Source: an uncultured Candidatus Saccharibacteria bacterium
Lineage (GTDB): Bacteria > Patescibacteriota > Minisyncoccia > Phycocordibacterales > UBA5272
NCBI GenBank assembly: GCA_964457775.1
Contig: CAYWEW010000001.1
Coordinates: forward strand, 17,783-81,782
DNA length: 64,000 nt
Direction: 5' to 3'
Below the pieces are notes generated by a model. That model saw only the letters and a program-made list of their open reading frames with translations, was not told the DNA's origin and did not search any database. Position numbers and translations under genes: made by a program. Below are positions 8,520 through 18,950 of this stretch, piece after piece (within the stretch, counting starts at the first letter, position 1; each line of letters starts with the position of its first letter).

Positions 8520-9788
8520 TTAATACTCCCTCATCGATAGCTGGGCGTCAATTTTCTTAATAACATCAAGAACAACAGACACTGCAATCAAAAGAGATGT
8601 ACCTCCAACCTGTATGGCTGTTAACCCAGTCATACCTTGAACAATAACTGGAAGTACTGCAACAAGACCCAAGAAAATTGCACCAAAGAAAGTAATACGT
8701 CCCAGAACATAACCAATGTATTCTGCGGTCTGAAGACCTGGACGAAAACCTGGAACGAAGGCTCCGTTCTTCTGAAGATTATCTGCTGTTTTTTCTGGAT
8801 CAAACATAACTGCTGTATAGAAGTATGTAAATGAAACAACCAGCAAGAAATAAGCACTTCCATATACCCACTGATTAGCTAAGAGTGTGTTAACTGTACG
8901 TGCAAATGACTGAAGTGATACTTGTGATGATGTTGCAAGCAATTGACCAATTAATTGTGGGAAAAGTAGTATAGAGATAGCAAAAATAATTGGAATAACA
9001 CCAGCTTGATTAAGACGAAGAGGAAGATATGTTGAAGCTCCAAGTGGGCTTCCTCCACCCATTCGTGACTGACGAGCGTAAGTAACAGGAACAGGACGTT
9101 CAGCTTCTGTAACATATACAACTCCAGCAATAACAACGAGAGATAGAACTAGTAGGCCGACAAGCATTGGGATTTGTGAGACATCAAATGTCACAAAAAA
9201 TTGACTAAGACTTTGTGGAATAGCTGCAACAATTCCTGCAAAGATAATAAGTGAGACTCCATTTCCAATACCTCTTTCATTAATTTGTTCTCCGAGCCAC
9301 ATCATGAGCATAGTTCCTGCAGTTACAATAATGATATTTGCAACCATAACTGATTGTGCAAGTTGTGGAATCACATTTTGTCTTTCAAGTAGAGTAATAA
9401 GTGCGAATCCTTGTAATATAGCAAGAGGAAGTGTTAACAGTCTTCCATACTGTACGAATCTACGACGCCCAGCATCCCCTTCTTCTTGATACATCTCTTT
9501 AATACGTGGTGAGAGTACTGTTGTTAATTGCATAATAATTGAGGCAGTAATATATGGACCAACTCCAAGCATTACTATTGAAAAAGATGAGATACCTCCT
9601 CCAGCAAAAACATTAAGCATACTCAAAAAACCGTTATTAGAAAGGTACTCTGCGAGATTTGAAGCATCAACCCCTGGAATTGGAATAACGGCTAATACGC
9701 GAGTAAGTAGCAAAATGCCAATAACAAAGAAAATGCGGTTACGTAGTGACCTGTCGGAAAATATTACCTTGATTGTTTTCATAATCAA
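8520..9788 (-). CDS. secY: Preprotein translocase subunit SecY
   Basis: 422 aa, 10-TM profile, SecY-like N-terminus (RIFFVIGILLLTRVLAVIPIPGVD). Confidence 0.9.
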   Translation of the reverse strand: MIMKTIKVIFSDRSLRNRIFFVIGILLLTRVLAVIPIPGVDASNLAEYLSNNGFLSMLNVFAGGGISSFSIVMLGVGPYITASIIMQLTTVLSPRIKEMYQEEGDAGRRRFVQYGRLLTLPLAILQGFALITLLERQNVIPQLAQSVMVANIIIVTAGTMLMMWLGEQINERGIGNGVSLIIFAGIVAAIPQSLSQFFVTFDVSQIPMLVGLLVLSLVVIAGVVYVTEAERPVPVTYARQSRMGGGSPLGASTYLPLRLNQAGVIPIIFAISILLFPQLIGQLLATSSQVSLQSFARTVNTLLANQWVYGSAYFLLVVSFTYFYTAVMFDPEKTADNLQKNGAFVPGFRPGLQTAEYIGYVLGRITFFGAIFLGLVAVLPVIVQGMTGLTAIQVGGTSLLIAVSVVLDVIKKIDAQLSMREY

Positions 9789-9867
9789 AGTATTATATCA
9801 CAATAAATAGCTTGTGGCTATAAGCCTTTTTTTGAAAAAATCTATTTAAAATGTACAATTTTATTAA

Positions 9868-10512
9868 CTATTTGTACAAAATGTACACGTCACTTAATTT
9901 ACCTTTTGATTCCACTTGAAATGAATATTCTCCATTATAAATATTCCTAAAATCTGTAACTTTAAAGTTAATTTGTTGAGTTTTGTCTGGCATAGGATAC
10001 GCTGGGAGTATCATCTTCTTTGATATTTCTGCTCCCGCCGTTAAAGTTACAATATTAGAACCACTGTCGAAATTTTTTCCAGAAATAGAAACAACCATTG
10101 ATTTGCCATCTTCAGTAATTTTTATGTTATTTATTGTTGGCAAAATTTCTTTTGGTTTATTAGTAGTACTTTTTGAAGATGTTGATTGTGTATTATTGGT
10201 AATAGACAATACTTTTGTACTCGTTGAATTTTCACTAGTACTGGTGGAATAATTTATAATTTTACAATTATCTACACTTGGAATAACGCTCCCATCAGGA
10301 CATGTTTTATTTTTTGGTACACATATTTCATTTTCTAAATATTCATCATCTCCACATTCTATTTTGTCTGTTAATATTGGAGCTAATTCACTAGAAATAT
10401 CCCCATCTTTACTATTTTTCATCTTGTACAAAACATAACCAGAAAAAGCTATGGCTGCGACTGATAGCAACACCACCATTAATACTTTTAAAATATTAAA
10501 GAAATTTTTCAT
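9868..10512 (-). CDS. Hypothetical Ser/Thr-rich secreted/anchored protein inserted between rplO and secY
   Basis: 214 aa, N-terminal TM/signal (LKVLMVVLLSVAAIAFSGYVLY), Cys pairs, S/T/N-rich middle. Confidence 0.45.
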   Translation of the reverse strand: MKNFFNILKVLMVVLLSVAAIAFSGYVLYKMKNSKDGDISSELAPILTDKIECGDDEYLENEICVPKNKTCPDGSVIPSVDNCKIINYSTSTSENSTSTKVLSITNNTQSTSSKSTTNKPKEILPTINNIKITEDGKSMVVSISGKNFDSGSNIVTLTAGAEISKKMILPAYPMPDKTQQINFKVTDFRNIYNGEYSFQVESKGKLSDVYILYK

Positions 10513-10550
10513 ATTATATTAAGTATACATTTATTATAAATAAATACTAA

Positions 10551-10582
10551 ATACAAAGAGCGGCCTTAGGCCGCTCTTTGTA
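10551..10582. terminator. Terminator-like perfect hairpin downstream of rplO
   Basis: atacaaagagcggcc-ttag-ggccgctctttgtat. Confidence 0.55.
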
Positions 10583-10626
10583 TTAATAAATTCACAGTTT
10601 GAATGCAAATCTATATTATAAACATT

Positions 10627-11187
10627 TTATTTCTTTTTCTTAGATACAGTCTTACCCTTATTTGACTTCTTCTCCGCCTTCTTCATTTTCTTATCAGCAA
10701 TTTTCTTCAATTGTTCATCTGACTGTGGCTTTGGCTTTTCTTCAATAGTAATAGTTCCTCCAGCTTTTTCAATCTTTGTTTTTGCTGTTTCTGAAACATT
10801 ACATCTTTCAAATGATAATGCTACAGTTAATTCACCATTTCCAAGAATTTTTACCTTTGGATTCTTTCCGAATGACAGAGCAATAAGTCCTTTTGCAATA
10901 AGAGATGTTGGATTAACAACCTCACCTTTTCCAAATACATTTAATGCTCCAACGTTTACCACAGCCTCAGGACCACGATAGAATACTGAAACTGAACGAT
11001 TCTTACCGTGTCCACGCAATTTTGGAAGCTTCTTGATAATGTCACGCATAGCAGGACGAACACGATGCCCTGCACGAGCTGTTTGTCCCTTTCCTCCATG
11101 ACCTGAAGTTTTTCCACGTGTACCACCACGTCCTACTAATTTACTTTTCTTATGCGCGTGTTCGCGTCTTATTTCGTGTATTTGCAT
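10627..11187 (-). CDS. rplO: 50S ribosomal protein L15 with Lys-rich C-terminal extension
   Basis: KLVGRGGTRGKTSGHGGKGQ...LRGHGKNRS L15 signature. The ~40-aa KK-rich tail is extra. Confidence 0.9.
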   Translation of the reverse strand: MQIHEIRREHAHKKSKLVGRGGTRGKTSGHGGKGQTARAGHRVRPAMRDIIKKLPKLRGHGKNRSVSVFYRGPEAVVNVGALNVFGKGEVVNPTSLIAKGLIALSFGKNPKVKILGNGELTVALSFERCNVSETAKTKIEKAGGTITIEEKPKPQSDEQLKKIADKKMKKAEKKSNKGKTVSKKKK

Positions 11188-11193
11188 AGTCGT

Positions 11194-11943
11194 TTAATTA
11201 GTTGTTGGTAATGGTATTGCAATTGCTTCTCCTTCAACCTTTGTTGCTTGAACTGGAGCTTCACCATGAGCATAAGCAATTTGTTCAAGTGCCTTCATAG
11301 TTGCACGTGCATTGTTTAGTTTATTCTTTGTTCCAGAATAAAACTTTGCAGTAACGTCAGAAAGTCCAGCAAGTGATAATATTGTTCGGGCTGAAGAACC
11401 AGCAATGAGTCCACGACCACGGTTTGGCATTATCATTACAGATGATGACTTAAACTTCGCTTCAATATCATGTGATAATGACTTTTGCTTTGAAAGTTTA
11501 ATTGTAATCATGTTTCTCTTTGCAGCCTTGAGAGCCTTTTCAATAGCAACTTGAGTATCGAGTGCTTTTCCTGTACCTAATCCGATACGTCCATTTCTAT
11601 CTCCAGCAACAATTGCCACTGAAAGCGTAAAACGACGACCACCAGAAACCACACGAGTCACGCGACGAATACTGATAGTCTTACTATCGAATTCTGGCTT
11701 CTCACGAGGAGCACGCGGTGGGCGACCACCTTGTTTTCCACCTGGTTTACCTCCGCGCTGTCCCTGTCCTCCACGAGCTCCACGCGGTGCACCTCTGTCC
11801 ATACGATCTTGAGCAACTGCAACATTTCCTGTTGCAACTGTTGATGCAGGTGTTACTGGAGCAGTTACTTCAACTGCAGGAGCTGGAGTTTCTACTACTG
11901 TTTCTACTACTGTCTCTTCTGTTGTTTTAATTTCTTCTTTCAT
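11194..11943 (-). CDS. rpsE: 30S ribosomal protein S5 with Gly/Arg-rich N-terminal extension
   Basis: S5 core (ISIRRVTRVVSGGRRFTLSVAIVAGDRNGRIGLGTGKA...). Start placed at the internal ATG (MKEEIK) 4 nt after the rplR stop. Confidence 0.9.
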   Translation of the reverse strand: MKEEIKTTEETVVETVVETPAPAVEVTAPVTPASTVATGNVAVAQDRMDRGAPRGARGGQGQRGGKPGGKQGGRPPRAPREKPEFDSKTISIRRVTRVVSGGRRFTLSVAIVAGDRNGRIGLGTGKALDTQVAIEKALKAAKRNMITIKLSKQKSLSHDIEAKFKSSSVMIMPNRGRGLIAGSSARTILSLAGLSDVTAKFYSGTKNKLNNARATMKALEQIAYAHGEAPVQATKVEGEAIAIPLPTTN

Positions 11944-11947
11944 ATAA

Positions 11948-12298
11948 TTAAAAATTAAGACCAGCTTCACGAGCACCTTCAGCTAGTGCTGCTACTCGAC
12001 CACGGTACGAGAACCCGCCACGGTCAAATACGACTGTGGTAATTTTGTTTTTCTTTGCTTCTTCAGCAAGTTTCATCCCCACTTTCTTTGCACGCTCAAC
12101 TTTTGTGATTTTGTCACTAAGGGAAATATCAGATGCTGAGGCTAGTGTTACTGCCTTCACGTCATCAATTAATTGCGCATACATATAGCGGTTTGAACGA
12201 AATACGCAAAGTCTAGGACATTCTGCTGTTCCTGATACACGAGAACGAATCTTCTTATGAAGACGTGCTCGCTTTTCTGTTTTAATATTTGTTTTCAT
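11948..12298 (-). CDS. rplR: 50S ribosomal protein L18
   Basis: C-terminal GGFSYRGRVAALAEGAREAGLNF is L18-specific. Confidence 0.9.
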   Translation of the reverse strand: MKTNIKTEKRARLHKKIRSRVSGTAECPRLCVFRSNRYMYAQLIDDVKAVTLASASDISLSDKITKVERAKKVGMKLAEEAKKNKITTVVFDRGGFSYRGRVAALAEGAREAGLNF

Positions 12299-12315
12299 AT
12301 ATTTATTTTGACAGA

Positions 12316-12849
12316 CTATGCTGATTTCTTACCTTGCTTACGACGTACAACTTCATCACTATAACGAATACCTTTACCCTTATATGGCTCAGGCTTCTTT
12401 AGTGAACGAATTTGATTTCCAAAGAGTCCGACTGCCTCCTTATCGATACTTGTAATAGTGAGAGCACCTTTTTCAGCAACAACATTAATTCCCTTTGGAA
12501 TTACTTTGATGATTTGGTGTGAGAAACCAAGGTTAAGATATAAATCTGTTCCTTTTACTTCCCATTTAAATCCTACACCTTCTACAAGAAGTCTTTTACT
12601 AAATGGAGTAACTACACCTGCCACCATATTTTTGATATGAGACATATATGTTCCCCAGAGTGACCTTGAGAATTTATCGTTACGACGAGGTTCAGCTGTG
12701 ATTACACCGTTTTCAATCTTGAAATCGATTTCATCACGAAGCTCGCGCACGAGTTCTCCTTGTGGCCCTTTGACACGTACAGCATGGGCATCAAATGTTA
12801 CTTCGACACCTGCTGGAATTTGTATTTGTTGTTTTCCTATTCTGCTCAT
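12316..12849 (-). CDS. rplF: 50S ribosomal protein L6
   Basis: MSRIGKQQIQIPAGVEV...; start set at ATG 12849 (the track ORF starts further upstream inside rpsH). Confidence 0.9.
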   Translation of the reverse strand: MSRIGKQQIQIPAGVEVTFDAHAVRVKGPQGELVRELRDEIDFKIENGVITAEPRRNDKFSRSLWGTYMSHIKNMVAGVVTPFSKRLLVEGVGFKWEVKGTDLYLNLGFSHQIIKVIPKGINVVAEKGALTITSIDKEAVGLFGNQIRSLKKPEPYKGKGIRYSDEVVRRKQGKKSA

Positions 12850-12856
12850 ACGTTTT

Positions 12857-13240
12857 TTACCAGATTGTGAATAATAGTTCGCCGCCGACCTGTTCTTTGC
12901 GGGCTTGTTTGTCACTTAAGATTCCTTTCGGAGTCGAAAGTACTGTCATACCATGTCCATACTTGAAAGGCTTGATATCCTTTACGCCAGTATAGATACG
13001 CTTTGACTGCTTTGATACACGCGCTACACCTTGTATACGCGGAGTATCTTTTTTATATGCTAATACTACTTCTACAGTTGGTTTTACACCTTCCGTAACA
13101 GTGTATGTCTTAACATATCCTTCTTGTTTGAGAAGCTCTAATATCGCATTCTTCAGCTTTGACGCAGGAAGAGTAACGGTTGTCTTTTTTACTAGACCAC
13201 CGTTTTTAATTGCGATGAGCATGTTTGCTATTTGATCCAT
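12857..13240 (-). CDS. rpsH: 30S ribosomal protein S8
   Basis: MDQIANMLIAIKNG... S8 N-terminus, 127 aa. Confidence 0.9.
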   Translation of the reverse strand: MDQIANMLIAIKNGGLVKKTTVTLPASKLKNAILELLKQEGYVKTYTVTEGVKPTVEVVLAYKKDTPRIQGVARVSKQSKRIYTGVKDIKPFKYGHGMTVLSTPKGILSDKQARKEQVGGELLFTIW

Positions 13241-13252
13241 ATAATAATTTTA

Positions 13253-13438
13253 TTACCAAGAAGCCTTCTTAATGCCTGGAATCATACCTTCGTTCGCAAG
13301 CTCACGAAAACATGTTCGGCATAGACCAAAATCTCGCATGAATCCGCGCTTTCGACCACATTTAAAGCAACGGTTTACTATTCTTGACGAGAACTTTGGC
13401 TTCTTATTGCTACGAGCAATAGTTGATGTTTTTGCCAT
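13253..13438 (-). CDS. rpsZ: 30S ribosomal protein S14 type Z (zinc-binding)
   Basis: 61 aa with CxxC...CxxC ([10 protein letters not shown]...CRTCFRE). Confidence 0.9.
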   Translation of the reverse strand: MAKTSTIARSNKKPKFSSRIVNRCFKCGRKRGFMRDFGLCRTCFRELANEGMIPGIKKASW

Positions 13439-13613
13439 TGTTGTTGTTTTTTAATTAAACCATCTGAATATCACGCGTTTGTTCGTAAATATTGATTAAA
13501 TATATACGTATTTACCCAAAACTTACGGAGATACACGGATTACAGACAGCTTCGTAATACTACCACAAAAGTCTATTTTAAGCTAGTAATTGTTAGTCAT
13601 AATTATAAAAAAC

Positions 13614-13650
13614 AAAAGCGACATCTTCGATGTCGCTTTTTGTTGTATTA
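13614..13650. terminator. Terminator hairpin; member of a recurring AAAAGCGACATCTT-n-GATGTCGCTTTT family
   Basis: aaaagcgacatc-ttcg-gatgtcgcttttt. Near-identical copies occur at 17309-17340 and 58440-58470. Confidence 0.55.
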
Positions 13651-13683
13651 GCTAAAACCTAATTGCTAATAACTAAAGACTGT

Positions 13684-16600
13684 CTACTGACATGTCTCAT
13701 CTCTCATCGCCTGTCTTGTAACTTCATAAACCATTCCGGTTGGAGCAAGACCTATAGTTGCTTGGTAACCTTTTACAGCTTCTATAGTTTTATCACCATA
13801 AAATCCTGAGACTTCATTTAATAGTCCTTTAGATTGTAGGAATTTTTGTAATGTAGTTACTGCTGATGATTCTGCTCCTCGGTGAAGGTTGCGTGATATG
13901 TAAATGCATGCTGTACTTGCACCTAATACTTTAGCATTACCATTACTTGAGCTACTAAGTGTAACGACTTTTACCAAAACCTGTGTGGATGTTGAACCAT
14001 TTACACCCCCACATTTCATCCCATAATAAATACTATTTGTTACTGGCTTAATTGTTAAAGTGCCACTTGTGGCCCTTGTAACTGGACCATATTGCCCTGC
14101 GTGACTAAAATCACAATAATCAACATTAGTTGACGACCATCTCAAGGTTGTTGATCCATTAAGTGGCACCTGTGTTGGGTTTACTGTCATAGTAATTGTT
14201 GGTATTTTTAATACTGCAGGAGCAACCACTGTTGGGGTTGGAGTCAATGTATAAGTTTTTATAGTACCAGTTCCTCTTAGGCACATATCTGCATTTTTTG
14301 GTCCACTTGCGTCACAATAACTAATACATGCACTATCTGTATCCGCTACTGATGTTGCTGGGTTTGGTGATGCAATCATATTTGTGGCAGTATTTGTTCC
14401 CCCTCTAAAAAGACCACAAGTTAGTCTTGCCGTCGTATTAGTGACAACTGGTGTTGGTGTTGTAACTACAGAACCATTAACTATAAACGAATTTATTGGG
14501 AAATTGTAGATTAAAGCACCATGATGTTGTATATTGCCACCGATAAAATCATTCCATTTAAACGATGCAGGTAAGGCAAGGGAAGAAATTAATTTTGGTG
14601 TAAGACCTGTCTGTATTGTACCTGATACAGTTGCAAATACAGAAAATGTAATTGATGTACCTGCCGGTATCTCAAACGGAGAACTAGACGTTATCAAAAT
14701 ATATGACTCTAAAACCGTTGCAGATAAACCTGCTATAGTTGTATTACCATTTGCAACTCGTGGTGAAGAAATTTTAAAGCCATTTATACCAATTGAGGAA
14801 ACATTAAGAATAGTTGATGTAAAACCTATTTTTCCATTTACATCAGCACTCACTGTGAATTCACCAATCTTATTTTCAGAACCAAGCACTAGTGAGCCCC
14901 CACCATTACTTAAAGTAACTGTTGGTTTTGAAGCAACAAGTGTCATAATATTTGAGGATACTGGTGTGTTATTTATTATTACTGAACCATTAGCATTAGT
15001 TACTTCAATGTAATTAAGTGTTAATTTAACATTAGATACGCCAGAAGTTAAACTTCCTCCTGATGTTGAATTCTGAAAACCACTAAACTTAACTGTAACA
15101 GGCACATCGACTCCTGTTGAAGAAACAGGTAAGCTTAGTCCTGTAGCTGTTACGTTACCATTCACAACTGGAGCCGTTACTCCTCCAACAGTAACACTAG
15201 TTACAGCATCATTGCCTGTAGTTGAGAATCTTAGTTCACGAACAGTTGCAGACGTGTTAAATTCGGAAGTTCTAAGTTTAAATGTTGCAATACCGAATGT
15301 TGAACCGCCAACTACGAATTGTGATACAGGCGATGATGACACTAGTGTTGGATTAGCAATAGAAACAGAAGAAGTGTTCATGGCTGAAACTGCTGCTGTA
15401 GCCTGACTTGAATTAGTTATTGTTGTTGGGGTTTGATTTGGGCTTGGAGATGTCGCCATAGTTGGTGCTGGAGCTGAAGCGGGTGGTATATTTGAGTAAA
15501 TTTCCTCCATTTCCCATGTACATCTAATTGATTTTGTAGGATTATTATAACTATTAGTTACACAGTTAGTATATGCGTATTCTTTTGAAACATTTTCCGT
15601 AGAAATAAATGGCGCTGCACTACCTCCCAAATAACCTTTGTATGAACCCAGTTGAGTGGTAGGTATTGTTGTTATTTCTTGTTGAACATTCAAACCATAA
15701 TTGTTACTATTCCCTGTTCGAGAATTAGTAATATTTATAGTATGAAAACCAGATGAAAGATTTCTTGTTAATGCAAAGTCGCTTTTCTTAATAGAAATAA
15801 TACTATCTGTAGGATTAAATTTACTAACCATAGAATTACCCATGCCGTCTATTTGCAAATAATTACCATCTAAGTTTAATCTAGCTCCAGAAATTGTTAT
15901 ATATCCACTTACATCAGTTGCTTTAGATATATATGGCGAAGTTTCACCGATGATAATTACACTATTACTCTTCGCGTAGTTTACATATGAAGAAACATCA
16001 ACGACTTTTTGTGTGTTGGTGTTAATATCAACATAAGAAAGGTTCGAAGGCCTAAAACTATAAGCGCCAGCAAATAATTCTTTGGTTGGAATTGTATTTC
16101 TAATATAAATTGTAGCTGTATCATTTGCCTTGATTATTAGATTAGTGTCATTGGAATAATTATAGTCAGAAATAAAGCTGGACACAGAGCCTCTGTATTT
16201 TACGCCATTAGAATTAATACGCACATTTTCATTATTAACAAATCCTCCTAAATTTGTTGCAACGCCATACACACCATACACATCTATATCTGAATTTCCA
16301 GCAGTGATTTTTACCTTTGCAACACCAACTAATTCTGTCTCTTTATTATTTAAGTCATAAGAAAGTTTAATTGATGGTGCTCCAACAAACTCAATAACGG
16401 GGTATATCGTATTTGAAGAACTTAGTGCGCTTTCGGTTGTAAATGATAGAAACTCTCCCTTAACATTTCCTTTTGAGCCACTTGCAACTATTCTATAGTA
16501 ATATGTTGTATTGGGAGCCAGTTTGTAAATATTTGTTGAGCAACTTACAACTGTGTTTCCATCGTAGATATATGAACATGGCGTTGCGTTCAATTGTCCG

Positions 16601-17253
16601 TACATTGATGTCCCCCATTCAAACCAAGCTTTGGGTTTTAAAGTTCCATTATTAGGTTCAACATATCCAGCGATAAGAGCACTGTTATTTGTATAGTTAG
16701 CTCCAGTTGTTTTAACAGACACAAAAGAAAGGGTCTCTGATGTATTAGTGCGACACGGTTCATAAGAAACAGCACCATTACAATTATATATAGTTTCAAC
16801 AGGATTGTTTACATTAGGAGTTTTTGTTGACGGAACATCAACTGAAACAGTTTTAGTGTTTACTGAAGAAGCACTTCTACAGCTTATCTCCCTTATCTTC
16901 GCTCGTGTCACAGGACCAACATAACCAGAAGTTATGAACCCGTTCTTTTTTTGAAAATATTTAACTGCTTTAAGAGTAGAAGGACCGAACACGCCATTAG
17001 GTTCTGCTGTAAGAAACCCTTGGTCTTGAAGGAAATATTGTAAATCAGATACTTCTCCGTTAGTATTAGAATCTTTTGATTTCTTATAAGTTAAGTTATA
17101 AGATAAATCTGTACATCCCTCACTTGCTTGGTCTGGGGCTTCATCACCAACAATACTTGTTGTAACAGGAACCGCTATTGATGTTGCTGAAACAATTGAT
17201 AAAGAAAAACAAATTCCACTGATAATAGCACCTACTGTTAAATATTTTTTCAT
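13684..17253 (-). CDS. Giant secreted/surface protein (1189 aa) with two peptidoglycan-binding (PG_binding_1-like) domains
   Basis: Signal peptide (MKKYLTVGAIISGICFSLSIVSA). PGBD-like DLQYFLQDQGFLTAEPNGVFGPSTLKAVKYFQKKNGF near the N-terminus and LQKFLQSKGLLN...GDKTIEAVKGYQATIGL at the C-terminus. Long T/S/N-rich beta-type middle. Confidence 0.7.
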   Translation of the reverse strand: MKKYLTVGAIISGICFSLSIVSATSIAVPVTTSIVGDEAPDQASEGCTDLSYNLTYKKSKDSNTNGEVSDLQYFLQDQGFLTAEPNGVFGPSTLKAVKYFQKKNGFITSGYVGPVTRAKIREISCRSASSVNTKTVSVDVPSTKTPNVNNPVETIYNCNGAVSYEPCRTNTSETLSFVSVKTTGANYTNNSALIAGYVEPNNGTLKPKAWFEWGTSMYGQLNATPCSYIYDGNTVVSCSTNIYKLAPNTTYYYRIVASGSKGNVKGEFLSFTTESALSSSNTIYPVIEFVGAPSIKLSYDLNNKETELVGVAKVKITAGNSDIDVYGVYGVATNLGGFVNNENVRINSNGVKYRGSVSSFISDYNYSNDTNLIIKANDTATIYIRNTIPTKELFAGAYSFRPSNLSYVDINTNTQKVVDVSSYVNYAKSNSVIIIGETSPYISKATDVSGYITISGARLNLDGNYLQIDGMGNSMVSKFNPTDSIISIKKSDFALTRNLSSGFHTINITNSRTGNSNNYGLNVQQEITTIPTTQLGSYKGYLGGSAAPFISTENVSKEYAYTNCVTNSYNNPTKSIRCTWEMEEIYSNIPPASAPAPTMATSPSPNQTPTTITNSSQATAAVSAMNTSSVSIANPTLVSSSPVSQFVVGGSTFGIATFKLRTSEFNTSATVRELRFSTTGNDAVTSVTVGGVTAPVVNGNVTATGLSLPVSSTGVDVPVTVKFSGFQNSTSGGSLTSGVSNVKLTLNYIEVTNANGSVIINNTPVSSNIMTLVASKPTVTLSNGGGSLVLGSENKIGEFTVSADVNGKIGFTSTILNVSSIGINGFKISSPRVANGNTTIAGLSATVLESYILITSSSPFEIPAGTSITFSVFATVSGTIQTGLTPKLISSLALPASFKWNDFIGGNIQHHGALIYNFPINSFIVNGSVVTTPTPVVTNTTARLTCGLFRGGTNTATNMIASPNPATSVADTDSACISYCDASGPKNADMCLRGTGTIKTYTLTPTPTVVAPAVLKIPTITMTVNPTQVPLNGSTTLRWSSTNVDYCDFSHAGQYGPVTRATSGTLTIKPVTNSIYYGMKCGGVNGSTSTQVLVKVVTLSSSSNGNAKVLGASTACIYISRNLHRGAESSAVTTLQKFLQSKGLLNEVSGFYGDKTIEAVKGYQATIGLAPTGMVYEVTRQAMRDETCQ

Positions 17254-17308
17254 ATACTTATTAGTGTAACCTATATATACTCATAAGTCCTTGTTGGAGT
17301 GTTAATAG

Positions 17309-17340
17309 CAAAAGCGACATCTTAAGATGTCGCTTTTGTA
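17309..17340. terminator. Terminator hairpin, identical copy of the 58440 hairpin
   Basis: aaaagcgacatc-ttaa-gatgtcgcttttgtattt. Confidence 0.55.
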
Positions 17341-17406
17341 TTTACTTTCAACTTTTGAATTAATAAATTCGCGACTTGGTTGCAAATTAATTAAATGTTC
17401 TATAAT

Positions 17407-18804
17407 CTACCAAGAGAATGGCGCTGGGTTAGAAACTACCGTTGCCTTTGATGTTCCAATCACTTCCCCTCTTAAATTACTTACAATTACTTCGAAGACA
17501 ACTTCTTGTCTGTACCATGTAGGGTTAGTTATCATTGCTGGAATTTCATTTTGGAATGATGTTGGTGCAAGCGGAATAACAAAGTCTTGGCCACATCCAA
17601 CTCCTGCAATACTTACCGATACAGATGATGGGCAAATTGCATGAATCTTGATTGAATAATTTCCAAACAATGTATTATTCCATGAAGTTCCAGTTGGAAT
17701 ATTCAAATATAATTTGAATTTCTCTCCTGAATCAACTGGTGTCTTACTTGCTCCTAATGTTACATTTGCATAACCATAATATGGGCGACGAATAGTTATA
17801 GGTGCAACTGCGGCACGGAAGTTGGATACATTCCCTGCGATATCAGTCATTGGTGTAGCTATAACAATCTTAAATGATCCCTGTTGATTATTATCACAAG
17901 CTCCAGCACACACTGCATCTAATATTTCTTTTGTAAGTACGAATGAGAAACTATTACCTGATGTAACTGCTACTTGCTTACTTTGTCCTGTGCTTCCATT
18001 TTCAACTAGGATTTGAAGTTGTGCAATATTAAGATTACTTGTTGTCCATGATAAATAGACAGTATCCCCTTCGTTGTATAATGCGTTTGAAGTTGGACTT
18101 GTAATAGTAAGTGTTCCTGGTTGTGGAACAACACCATAAGCATAACCAGTTGATGGATTATATGTTAATCCAGTGCTTTGAATTTGATTTTGTGTTGTTG
18201 CAGGAATAAGTACATTTGTAGGAATAGAAGTATTTATTGCCTGATATTCATTTGAAGAATAGTTTGAAGTGTAAGCTGAAGAATAATAAGGAGTATTATT
18301 ATTTAAGATGTTTGAAAGAGAAATATTATTTTCTTGAGGAGTTGCATAAATAACAGGAGTTGTAACTTGTGGAGAAATAACAACTGCGTATGGGTCATAT
18401 TGATCAACATAAGTGATACCAGAACTATATCCATAATAACTGTACTCGTTATATGAATACATGTCGCCACGAACATCAGAATCACAAAGTCTCTCATTTA
18501 CAGCGTTACGAGTTGATTCTCCAACTTGACCAGTCATTGAGATATTATTATCTCTTTGGAATTTCATCACTGCCTGCTTTGTTCCCTGTCCAAAATAGCC
18601 ATTTGGGGTTGCATATAAATATCCAGCCTTTGAAAGCATATTTTGAAGCACATAAACATCGTTATTTTCTGACCCAACTTGTAAAGTTCTATTGATTTGA
18701 GTTGTACAAGTGTTTACCGGTGTATTGTTAAAATACCCAGCAAATACTGCCGTTTGACCACCAAAAACCCCCAGAAAACCCAATAATATAATAATCTTTT
18801 TCAT
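17407..18804 (-). CDS. Secreted protein (465 aa) with one peptidoglycan-binding-like domain
   Basis: Signal peptide MKKIIILLGFLGVFGGQTAVFA. PGBD-like DVYVLQNMLSKAGYLYATPNGYFGQGTKQAVMKFQRDNNI. Confidence 0.6.
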   Translation of the reverse strand: MKKIIILLGFLGVFGGQTAVFAGYFNNTPVNTCTTQINRTLQVGSENNDVYVLQNMLSKAGYLYATPNGYFGQGTKQAVMKFQRDNNISMTGQVGESTRNAVNERLCDSDVRGDMYSYNEYSYYGYSSGITYVDQYDPYAVVISPQVTTPVIYATPQENNISLSNILNNNTPYYSSAYTSNYSSNEYQAINTSIPTNVLIPATTQNQIQSTGLTYNPSTGYAYGVVPQPGTLTITSPTSNALYNEGDTVYLSWTTSNLNIAQLQILVENGSTGQSKQVAVTSGNSFSFVLTKEILDAVCAGACDNNQQGSFKIVIATPMTDIAGNVSNFRAAVAPITIRRPYYGYANVTLGASKTPVDSGEKFKLYLNIPTGTSWNNTLFGNYSIKIHAICPSSVSVSIAGVGCGQDFVIPLAPTSFQNEIPAMITNPTWYRQEVVFEVIVSNLRGEVIGTSKATVVSNPAPFSW

Positions 18805-18950
18805 AATACCTTCACCCTACACTATTTTTAATAAAATGTCAAGGGTTATTTCGCATAAAAGATTACTGCAAATGGTACAAAAATAGTTCATTTTTGTTAT
18901 GTATTTTGCTAAAACTACGGACTAATGGCAGAAGGCTGTATAATATTCCT

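Noticed and set aside
14534-16655. Plus-strand ORFs inside the giant surface-protein gene (14534-15013, 15212-15406, 16473-16655)
   Set aside because: Antisense to a 1189-aa ORF with clear signal peptide and domains.
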